Made by a program: the position numbers and the translations under genes. Shown piece by piece: positions 10,481 to 22,100 of a stretch of 64,000 bases of DNA (its first letter is position 1; every line of letters starts with the position of its first letter). The DNA is from Tubulanus polymorphus (lineage: Eukaryota; Animalia; Nemertea). Location of the stretch: positions 26,702,299-26,766,298 of the forward strand of contig NC_134025.1 in assembly GCF_964204645.1 (NCBI RefSeq), read 5' to 3'. Below the pieces are notes generated by a model. The model ran no database searches. It had not been told where the DNA came from and saw nothing but the letters and a program-made list of their open reading frames with translations.

Positions 10481-13094
10481 TCAGTATTTTGGGAAAGCTG
10501 GGTCGATGGATTCGGCCCAAGCCAATAACCCGCCTCTGATGTCCTTGAATACAGCAGGCGTAGCGCGGAGTTTGTCCTTCAAGATGTGAACAGCTCTTTG
10601 AGAATCATTTCCTTGTTTACACAAGACAAATACTAAAATATAAAAGATTGTTTAATTAGTTACTCGTCTGATGCTTAACGTGAACATGAAAATCATCTGT
10701 ACAGCTACCTGACACATAGTCATCACCAAATGAGAGAATTTGTTCTTCGAGATTTGAAAGTTCTTGCTCTCCTGCAATTTTATCTATTGGAATATCTTGT
10801 TCAGTTGTTAAAGTATTGTAACAGTAAGCTGTAAGGTATCTATTCAATTTATTTGAGAGTAGAATGTTGTATTAATTCTATCGAAGGATACTGATGTGTC
10901 CATCAAGTTGACAAATATCTAATTCAACCGGGTATCGCACATCTATTAGTATATGAGGCCTCTTTTCATCACGGATTTGTTTGAATTCCTGTCAAAACAA
11001 AATAACATATACCAGTAAATATTGATTGAATGCTTATTCATGCACTTATCTGTGGTGCACCATACCTTAACAGTAATTCTTTCATCTGAATGCAACAGCC
11101 TTACACACTTAGCCTGGAACAGAAAAGCAATTTGAACAGCTTTAAAAAGCCTCTAAAATTCACTCTGCCTTACACAAGGTTTCTAAGAATTAGCCAATGA
11201 TGATACCGGTAATAACAAGTGGCTGAGTCCTTAGTCTGAAGAATATGGAATGAAGTTTGCTGTGCAAGAACTATGATGTTTATTAACTGGTAGAAGATGG
11301 AAAATCACTTGCCTTATCTGAGGCACTTGCACCACAGAATTGTTCATAATCAATGAGCTGTTTTATAGATGGTCGATCACCGCAAACGACACAAGTTTTC
11401 TGTTTCAGTCGTAGTTTAATTGTTCGAAAGCTTCCATCTAAACCATCAAATAATAACAATCTTTGAGAATAAGAAGCTGTACGAAGGTTTGGGGTTAAAG
11501 AGAATAATCTTATTTGAAAATGAACATAAAGTTTTGATTCTAAGTTTTTCGACGAAAAGGATACTCCCAGTATTCGCAGCAATCTTGATAACTTCTAATG
11601 CTTGGAGGCAACCAATAACACCAGGTACTGAAAGCGTGCATTTATACAAATCTATTAGGAAACTGATCCATATTCAAGCTTGTCTACTAGTGATAACAGA
11701 ATTACCTGCACCAATAACTCCGCCATCTGAGCAGTTAGTGACCGTTTCAGGGGGAGGTGGAGTGGGATACAAACATCGATAGCAAGGACCATCATCGTAA
11801 TTATAAACCGTCAACTGAAAATCATCAACTATAAATGTTAAAATCAGTTCATACACTGGAACCTTCAATGGAGACAGGCTCAAAACAAACCTGTCCTTCA
11901 AATCTCAGTGCACTTCCAGAAACAAGTGGCTTCTTGGCCAAAACACAAGCATCATTGAGCAGGTAACGAGTCGCCACATTGTCGGTCGCATCAACCACTA
12001 TGTCATATCTTTAATTCATTAAGGACACATGATATAAATTGATTAGTTCTATCCATGCAATTCTGAACTTAAACAATTATTTACTAAGTATAAAGGATAC
12101 TGTCGTATTATGTCCAATGCATTCAGGCTGCTGAGCTGTATGTGGTAAGGTATATACTGGACGTCTGAATTCAGCCTTTAAAAAAATTCAATGAAAAAAA
12201 TAATATACAGAGCTTTCTTCAGCAATTATTTAAATCATGAATTATGAATCGACAGAACTCATACTTTTTACAGGCATTTGCAGCAGACAATGATTTTGGA
12301 GAGCCAACACCACTTTCTGTATGTAAAATCTGGCGATGTAAGTTACTGATTTCAGACTCGTCATAATCAACAATTCCAAGACGTCCTACATTATACAAAT
12401 TAGTCCATTCAGAAACTGCTTAATATCACACGAATTTGATACGGATTTAAGTTTGAAAGAAATTACCAATCCCAGCTGACGCCAAGTACACTGCACAGGG
12501 ACATCCCAATCCACCAGCACCAACAACCAATACAGATGATTTTGATAATGCCAATTGCCCTGAAAATATTGAATCAATTATATACAATTTTAGTAAAAAT
12601 TGTAATTGTCAACTGTTAGACGAAAGATACAGAAGAAAAGGAATACCTTTAACTCCTAACTCTGGTAAAATCAACTGGCGTGAATACCGTTGAATTTTCT
12701 CATTAGGTAATTTGTTACAAGGGCGCAATGAAGAAAGTGGCGTCGGTTTTCTGTGAATTTTCAACTCAGTTGAATCCACATCTGCATCTCCGTTTTTACT
12801 TTTACCCTACAAATAAAAGCTTAAATAACAAATACTTGAACTACGTATATATTAACTCGCCTTCGTCTTAGACTTAAATCTTTTTTTTGTAGCCCTATCT
12901 GCATTTCTTCATTTGTATGCTTTTAAGCTAATCCTAAAACCTGTGAATGGAAGAAATTAAATCGGGTCAGAGACCTGGTCACGAAGAAGTTCACGAAGTC
13001 GTTGGATTTCGCTGTCTTTATCCTCGATGATAGATTTTAATCGCGTATTTTCATTTAAAACTGAAGCAAGATTGTCATTCATGGGCGCGGCCAT
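10481..13094 (-). CDS. MOCS3: Adenylyltransferase and sulfurtransferase MOCS3/UBA4
   Basis: [79 protein letters not shown]; rhodanese CKQGNDSQ; ends [12 protein letters not shown]. Confidence 0.95.
10796..10891 (-). other. U12-type intron in MOCS3 (rhodanese domain)
   Basis: Minus strand 5'ss GTATCCTTC; branch-like TACTTTAAC close to the AG. The join gives LDGHI-N-IPIDK. Confidence 0.85.
11477..11564 (-). other. U12-type intron in MOCS3
   Basis: Minus strand 5'ss GTATCCTTTT; branch-like TTCTCTTTAAC about 17 nt before the exon. The join gives [18 protein letters not shown]. Confidence 0.88.
12009..12100 (-). other. U12-type intron in MOCS3 (ThiF domain)
   Basis: Minus strand 5'ss GTATCCTTTA; branch GTCCTTAAT about 9 nt before the exon, with no polypyrimidine tract. 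The join gives [13 protein letters not shown]. Confidence 0.92.
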
Positions 13095-13523
13095 TTTCAC
13101 TGGGATTCCCTTGATTATAATGACGTTATTCGCAGGAGATCCCTTCCATGCAGACGCGTGAAATCATTCAGTTTTTGGAATAATTCTCTAATTTCTAAGC
13201 CCGACTTGATATCAAGGTACCAAAAATTATCGATAACATGATTAAGGGAATCTATATTTGAATTATTTTTGATAAAAGAAAGGCTAAAAGAGATAAATAT
13301 TTTTTTATGTTCATGGAAATGAGAATTAGAGTGCCAGGTGGCAGCACCTTATGGTCATCTTATTTCTCAGCAGCGGGTCGGTGTCCGAATTGATTTTCAC
13401 TAACTCCACACCATGTATCAACTATTACATATGATATTCCAATTTTAATTCTATGAGAACTCAGAGACGTTTTATACCTTTTAATTCATGTGAGAACTTA
13501 ATTTTGCAGGTGCATACATTACT

Positions 13524-14068
13524 ATGGCTAGGACAAAGCAATTAACTGCAAAATTCAAACCACTCAATAAACCAGCTGTTCTTCCTTTGGCGAGCAAAAA
13601 AAAATTACTACAAACCATCGCATTAACGAAAAGAACAGGAGGAATAAAGAAATCAAAAAGACCAGGCAGAGTTGCCCTGAGGGAAATTCGACAATTTCAG
13701 AAATCTACAGAATTGTTGATAAAAAAGATGCCCTTCCAAAGATTGGTTAAAGAAATCACACACAGTATCAAACCTGATTTGAGATTTCAGAGCGTGGCAT
13801 TAGAAGCCCTTCAGGTAGGGAAATTAGTGTTTTATCTCGACGATAGGGGACAACTGATTGGATTCATTTGAAAGTTCAGTCACCTTTCAAGATGTTATAA
13901 TCAATTTCTAGTCTTAACAATATTGCTTTTGCTGTTTTTCAGGTTGCTGTTGAAGATTTCTTAATTGGTTTGTTTGTTGACAGCAATTTATGTGCAATTC
14001 ACGCTAAGAGAGTGACAGTAATGCCTAAAGATCTTCAGTTAGCTATTCGCTTGCGCGGCAATTCGTAA
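13524..14068 (+). CDS. Divergent histone H3 variant (138 aa, two coding exons; intron 13815-13942)
   Basis: MARTKQ.., [42 protein letters not shown]|[47 protein letters not shown] lies downstream; no histone stem-loop seen. Confidence 0.93.
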
Positions 14069-15407
14069 GGGTTATGTCCTCTCTTCGTGATTTGTTTTGC
14101 GAGAGCATTTTCTACCGAAAAACAATTAAGTGCAATATTGTGTTTAGATCTGTTATTGTTTTTTTTCGTAATCAAAACTAAATAAAATTTCTATCATCCT
14201 TTTATTTGATTTTTTTGTGTTTTAAATCAGTTTTGTTCATCTGATTTGAACTTCTTGGTAAATTCTCGAAGGCCCCTCGCAGTGAGTATATCTCCGTGCA
14301 TGCAATCGTGGATCAGACGACTAGTGGCCGCATCAGGGCCAGGCGGCTATAAATAGTTACTCCGTCTTGGGAATTTTCGTTTGACACATGAAGATCAGAT
14401 CTTGGAGAATGATTACTCAGATTAGACCGTGTTCATTTTAAGAATCCATGATCAGGAATGTATATCCTGATATCCTTTTAGTCCTAAATTAGGGAAAATA
14501 GTTTTCCCAAGCAATACAGATTTTCAGTGCAACGGCGGTCAGAATTCCGAACAGAGAGCATTAGTAAGAAGAAACAATCATTAAAGAACAACAAACAACA
14601 AAATTTCGATCTTTAAATGATATATTGAAATCTCATATGATGTATTGAATGATGTTAAACATGATAAAAGAAACACGGAAGGTTTTCTGATACACCATGG
14701 ATATCGATAGATTCACTGATACACATAGATATCAAACGGTTTCTTTGATACACAATGATAATCTTAGTTTGATCAGACTAAATGTATTCAAGAAAATCAA
14801 ATTTGCAGTTTACACTATATTGTTAAGTATAACTTACAACTGATCCAAGGTATGGCTCTTCGTAACTTATGAAATACTGCAAGATGAAATACTATTTATA
14901 TATTCTGTATATCGTACAAGTGAAAGAAATACAAATCGATGAAAATTGTGGTTGTAGATGAATTAAGTAGTACTTGTTTTAAACTCTGTTACGAGGTGTA
15001 ATCAAAATAAAATTACAATCACTTTACACACACATACAAACATGAAACATCTTTACACTCATTAGGCAATGATTTTCTGACTGAAGCTATTGTTTCATTA
15101 ATTGAACAATATATCTATTTTATTGCACTTATGAGTTCATTGCTTTTATCATAATTCCTAAATAGTAGCGTTTACTTGGAAAATATTGCAGAAAATATAC
15201 TTCTAATGAATCGTTTTACGTAGACTCATTAAATATAGAACCGTAACAGAAATTAAAAGTTTTTTCAAAAACGTTTTTCATACATTACGTTACATCACAT
15301 CAAATATCTTATACATAATCTCAAACTTAACACATTGAGTAGTTTTACTCTTTTACAACTGAAAATGTCAACTACGATGTATAAATAAACTATTGATTTA
15401 TGATCTA

Positions 15408-15572
15408 CAGTATAACTTGCTAATTCGGATCTTTCAATCCGGATTTTTCACTTAATTCGGATGAACTATTGGCCCATTTAATCTGGAACCATGTAAACTA
15501 TTACCAGATATTCATAATCTGGATTTTACTTAATCTGGGCAGTCCCTTAGTCATCCAAATCGAGTCCTACTG
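15408..15572. mobile_element. Tc1/pogo-like MITE with TA TSD
   Basis: TA|CAGTATAACTTG ... CGAGTCCTACTG|TA, with internal repeats of the TAAT(C/T)(C/T)GGA type. Confidence 0.65.
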
Positions 15573-16102
15573 TAGTAAATAATCAAGTAAAATAAAATTT
15601 CAATAACTAAGAACAAGATACAATAACAAGCTACTATTTGTAACTACCTAAAATGCAAATTGATTGAGATAAGACTCTGTTATAGCTCGTAATTTCTGAA
15701 TTACTTGGTCCATTAAAATGAATGGGATTCAAATACCATATGGTTGGCTTATAGAGAGGATGAAGTTTTCTACTTTGTGTTGATTTAAACCTCTGAATCG
15801 TATACATGAAATATGATATCAATGTAACACACATATAAATGCTTTATTCTAGTAAAAATTAGTAATAGCATATCCTAATTCGAGAAACAAAAAACAATCA
15901 TTACTTGTTCAGTATTAGATAAAGCTCTGAAATATTTTTCTATGTCTAAATATACCTCTAGTCACCCTCCAGAAAATACAGCGAGTTTACTATAGCTGTA
16001 TCGTATATGTAGATATCTTGCCCCTTCTAAGACACGTATTATCTGTAGTTCATTACAATGGATTTGTATCAGACATTCTCGTTTTCAATAACATCTTGGC
16101 TA

Positions 16103-19100
16103 TTAAAATATCTGGTCTCTTGCGATATCGTTCGGGAATGTATTCTCATCATTGCTGCTGGACTTCGTGTTCCGGTGATGACTGAGGAGTATCAACGTTT
16201 GTACCGTATGTCGAAGTTGCAGGATTAGTGACGGTTCCGTTTTGTTTAGACTTATCGTTCATAAGAACATTAGGAACAAATGGCTTAAAAACACAAAATG
16301 ACAACATGTCGATTTCACCTATTTTAAGGATTGAGGTTGTTTAAAGCGTTTGCGATAAATACCTTTTGTCCATCGTGAGCTGCTTCTCTTTCGGAAAATT
16401 GCTGTAAACGTTAAAATGGGAGAACATGATTAATATGCATTAGCATTAATTTCTAAATAGAGATGATTAGCAAAACGTGATTGAAGAGCAGCAAAAAACT
16501 TCCCCTCGATCCAAAAATCAAAACAGTTAGCTTTTCTAAAATGAAAACAATTGTAAGCACTATTACTGTTATTTCATAACATTTAGCGAAAAACCAGCGG
16601 GTTATAGTCAAGGGAGGTTCTACGGTAGCGAATAGTTAGAACTGACTTCAAAAAGCTGTGTTTAAAGAAGAATTATATCGCATATGAGAAAAAAGTCGTT
16701 CAGATCAAAGACTCCCAATGTGGCGCGGGGTTGTAGGCAGTATCATTTTTCATATCAAAAACACAATCACCGAATCGAAGCCGAAACACCAGGGGGAATG
16801 TTCCTACCGGTGAAATGTAATACTCGAGTCGAGACTTGATATTTCTACAAAGGGCTGAGTTTTTAATACTAATATCTGGGGTCTCGAGTTGCTGAAATAA
16901 AATCGTTGAAAAGATTGTTATTTATCAAGTACGGTAACTATGAAATAGCTTATGTACATCAAGATGAAAAATCCATGCAAAACTCATGCATAGAATACAC
17001 GTAGTAGACATGGTGACTCCTGAAAAAGATGTTCTACCGGATACAGCTAAAGATTAATAGAATCGTTATTAAGACTGGTTCTTAATGCAGGGCTACCAAC
17101 CTCTAAAAAGTGCTATCAGTAACAAATTGAATTTTTTTCAGTTACATTTCATTGAAATATGAAAATGAACATTAATGTCAAAATTAATCATAAATCAACG
17201 GCAAGACACTCAGTAACATATTTCATATTTCCGTATGCATAAAACAAATCAAATCAGTATTTCTCCTTATAGAATAGTAGCAAATACTGAAAATCAGGAA
17301 CAGTTGGCAGCTCTGTTAATGTACATGGTATAAAACACTGACATGCTTTCAATAACATGAACACCTTATTTGTACGGACATAATAACTAGGCTACATTGT
17401 GACATATACAGACATACCCGGTACTTTGTCTAACTAGGATTTAGTTGATTTGATTATCGGAAATTACTTGTTATTGCATGAACACGCCTTATGAGACTGT
17501 TAGACTTTGTTTCTACAAGTGCTAATGGTAAGTCAAATGTTATTAGATTTCATCCAAAGCGGCAGCACCACAAGAGTCCCATTATAAAATAGGACCACAT
17601 GATAGCATAAAATCCTTAGTGAAAGACATCGAACCTGTATCTCTAAATCACAGTCTAATTCAACCTCATCATCATCATCAACATCCACATCATTTTCATA
17701 TAGATGTATTACCTCTCTCTGTGAGCAGCGCTGTAAATAAACATTCCAAATGAAAGTGTGAAATGAGTTGAGCAGAACTGACCATAAAAAACAGGTGGAA
17801 AGATCCTTAGAAACCGTCAGTGAATCTTTGCTTAACCCAAGCAGGGATTTTGGCTCTTACGAAACTTTACATTGAATTAGATAAAACAACCAGTCTTATC
17901 TATCCATTAAGACACCAATAGGAATCAGTTATTCAGTTACCATCATTTTATTCGATTTCATATATTTATATAACAAAAATACTGTGAATAAATTTTGATT
18001 TGAATCTCCGTAACCATTCCATTACATTTATATATGTTTGATACCCTTCAAGATCAAGCCCCGCTTTTCAGCATAGTTTGTGCTAGATATTACCTCCTTA
18101 ATTAATGTATGTTGATTTATCAAAGGCGTCCAACACTGAAATGCACATTATTCTTTATAATCTGATATAAGTTTGTCGTTAGTTGGAAATATAATGGACC
18201 AAGGCATTGGCATTTCATCCAAAAAGACCACCAAATATATATATCATATCATATCATACAGCCATCACCACCAACTGTCTATTTTTCTCATCTAATGAAA
18301 CTAAGAGGAGGGTTTTTCTATTTTGTATTGAGAAGCATCATGTAGGTATACAGGGAAAACTAAGCATTTTGTCAGAAATATGATCAATGAAAACACACAG
18401 ATAAAACAGCAGCCATAAAAACCATGGCCCAAGATAATTGGGGATCAGAAACACTAGTCATGAAAATCAAAGCAAGACCAAAGTATATTTGAATAAATAT
18501 GAGTGCTCAAGACAGTTGAAATGTGATTTCAAAAAATAACTGCTATGGTTACAAACACGCACGGTTGTCTTACCTTATATGTTATTGGACTCAATCCCTT
18601 GAACCAGCCAAAGAATACTCGGCCAAAGAAGATGATAAGTGTAACAAACAGAGCAATCATTGAGAACACTGATAAACCATGCATTTGTTCTGAAATGATA
18701 AGTTAGATTATGACTAGAAAAAATATCCCATCTTAGAAAATGTCATATCATTGACATTTGTAGGATGACAAGATAATTCGATGACGTAATTAAGAGTGTT
18801 TAAAATAATTACCTGATCTCAGCACAGAGAAGAAGACAACATTAAACTGTAGAAGTATAATAGCAACGATCACAAAGTTAATAGCACTAGCGTGTATATC
18901 TTTATCAATGCGTGACGGCCCATAGGCAAAATATATGTTATATCTATCTACGACATGTTTCAAACATAGATAAACTAAACCTGAAATTGTAAATAAATAA
19001 AAAACAATACAGTGATTTATTCAATTCAGTTCCAAATTCATTTGTATATTTTGATGTGTATATTTAGTTACTTACCGAATGGTACAATCAGAGGACATGG

Positions 19101-22100
19101 AATGCTGTAAACTATGATTACAGCAAAAATACATAACATCCATGCATATTCACATCCAAACTGAAACTGCCAGATAATGGCCTGCAATATAAAACATATA
19201 ATCAATCCTATATGAATAAAGCATTTGATCATATCACAGTAGAAAACTTCAAATTCAGAATTGATCAGGTCGCTAAACCATTGGACTGATAGAAAAACAA
19301 GAACAATTTTGACACATCTCCAAAATCTAAAATTTACAATGGTATTATTTTGTCTAATAGCGTATAGTGTATTGACGTGTTACCTTTCTGACAGCAGTTT
19401 TCTCTGCAGCTGATCTAGCGGCGAGTAGTCTTATTGCGTACATGAATAACTCAGGAAATCTAATCAATTCGAGTCCAGTTCCGATGAACGCCGATGTTAT
19501 GACGTAATTGACAAAGAATGCACCGTTTCCAGGAAGAAATACACACCTTAAATACAATACATCATTAACATCATAAATATATATGTTGCAAATATGACCT
19601 CATTGAGTTAATACTTACTGCCATCTGAATTTTCGATCTTTATCTTTAACTGCCCACTCAAAGAATGCTTTGGCACTGAAATTAATCGGTAAAATTGGAC
19701 TTCAGTATATTTTGAAATCAGCACAAGCCTAACAAGTCTATGATTGAACATAGTGACACAAACCTAGTTAATCCTAATGATGGTAATATAACCACCATTA
19801 CTAGAAGGAACAAAAATGTCTTCCTCATCACAGCATGATGTTCTGCAGTTCTGAGAAATAAATGGCAAAATTATCAACAGCTCAAGACATTTATCAAACT
19901 TCACTTCAGTAGATTGTTACTGGTTTCAAACATACCTGGTCCAGTGGCCGATGAACTGATCTGAGTAATAAACAATCTGCGGTAATAAAGCTGCAAATGT
20001 CCACAATATCAAAGTTGGTACGAATTGAACAAGGATTGCACTCTGAAACAATATCAAAACGAATACCGGGTACAAATCCTATACATCTAATTCTACTACT
20101 TTAAGGAAGAGACATTAATTTCTCGATTGAAATATTTACATGAGTCTCTTCAAGACCTTTTCTGATGTGGATTTCATCGAGTGAATTCATTATGATAGTT
20201 GGAGTACTTAGGAAGAACAGCAAGAGAAACACGATAAGATTGATTAGAATAGCTTTAATCCACCAAACTATTGGATCCACTGCCAGGTTCTCCCTGAAAT
20301 AGATGACAGGATTTTATAAAGATCAGTGCATAACAAGAGTTCAATGTTGATTACTGCACGAGAAAAATCTTGACACGGAAATTTTACCAATATATGTTAT
20401 CCGGGGCAGGAGCATATTTCACAGACCAATCAGTGACATCTAATTCACGACCAATACTCGATGAATGTGGATTACTTGAAGCTTTACACGAAGCACGGAA
20501 GTCGTTGTAAATCTGTGCAGCCATGTGATCCTCTTCAAACGTTATAAACGCAATTCCCAGAGCATCTTGAAATGCATTCACTTTCTCGTCCTCGCATTTC
20601 GCCTTTAGTTGCGCTTCTTCATCCCCGTAGTAGTTTATTGCATCTACCTAGATACGATTCATTAAATACAAATCCACCATGAGCAACAACCGGTATACAA
20701 CAATAAGACATAAGTCATTTAAGCCAAAGAAATCCGAATTTTTTGGAGGCTTCGAGAAAAATCGTTGGGAGCTAGGGAGAAACCTAATGGTGTCGAGTTT
20801 CAGATAGGGCTTTGTATAGATATCTAATATAAACTAAACCAGTTTGGTCGATGACCATTCCCATCATCAAGAGATATTGACAAACTTACTTGTCTCGCGC
20901 AAGCTCTACAACAACAGCACAGTTTACTACACATATTCGGTTTAGTGACAGTTTCACCGTCTTCATTGACAGCAGTATCCTCCGTACACGGCTCACAACA
21001 ACAACATAACTGACCGAAATAATACGGTCTGATCATCGGACGAATACCGGTTTTATTGTAAATCATCTCCGAATTCTGCCGTCCTTCTGTAGCAAAATTT
21101 CTGAAGAAAACAATGCGGTTTCTAGATCACGATGCCCATAGTAGCATATATACATAGATTTACAACATGTGACTGACCTATCTTTATCAAGTTTAACTAA
21201 TCTAGTGATGTTGTACGCAAACTGGACATCCTGAATAACAGCTTCGGGATATGCTTCCCTAGAAATGTAAAAACATTCACTCATTTGCATGAAAATCTAT
21301 AATACTCCATGAATCAATTAATTTCATCACTGGATTCTTACTGAAAGTGTTGCAAAATCACATTCTTAAAACACTGATCTTTAGGTATGTGTGAAACCAT
21401 CAAAGTACGCGTAGCCTAAAAAATATAATAAATAAACTGATTATAGGCCCTATTCATATTGTAAATATGGGTAGTTGTTAATTTTCAAGGATGAATTTTG
21501 TTTTAGTTGCAATTCTGTTTTAGCTTTATCGATCATTCGACTCTTTACCAAAAATGAAATGAGCTGATTTTCTTAGCTTATTATATAACCTGCGTATGCA
21601 TGAATTCATACGGTGAAATTACATTTTGAATAATTAATTGTAAAATCCAGAGCATAATGCCTCAGGTGTTGCTCATTGTTACGAACGACGAGGTATGATT
21701 AGCCAGCAGTGCAGTCTACATGTCTGTAGTCACATTTCAATTCAACTCTTTATGGTATCTACAAAGTAATTTACACAGCCGCACTTCAGCGTTCCGACAG
21801 ATAATAAGGTTTCACATTCTCGACGCATACCTGTTCGTCTTCCTCGTAGTTAAGGTTGACGGAAAAGTGTCGCATCATATACACGGCTATTATTAGAAAC
21901 AGAACGGCTAGTACGGCGTGTACCCACAGATAGGGCGATCCAGATTCCACATTACTGATAGTCGTGTGTCCGAATGTTTGATCATTACCCTCTGGAAAAG
22001 TAGATATTAAAATGTATATACATCGAAAAACTCCGGACAATAACTCGGGTATTTGGGAGTAATACCCGAATACCCGGCGGATCGAACCCCGAAAACTTAC

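Noticed and set aside
13524-14068. CenH3/CENP-A assignment for the H3-like gene
   Set aside because: No loop-1 insertion; Q68, F84 and T118 are retained; the ARTKQ start and GGIKK are H3-like.
18384-18505. Hydrophobic frame ([15 protein letters not shown]..) as an alternative TM exon of TMEM63
   Set aside because: Weak acceptor, no similarity to the real TM exon, and T-rich DNA yields hydrophobic frames by chance.
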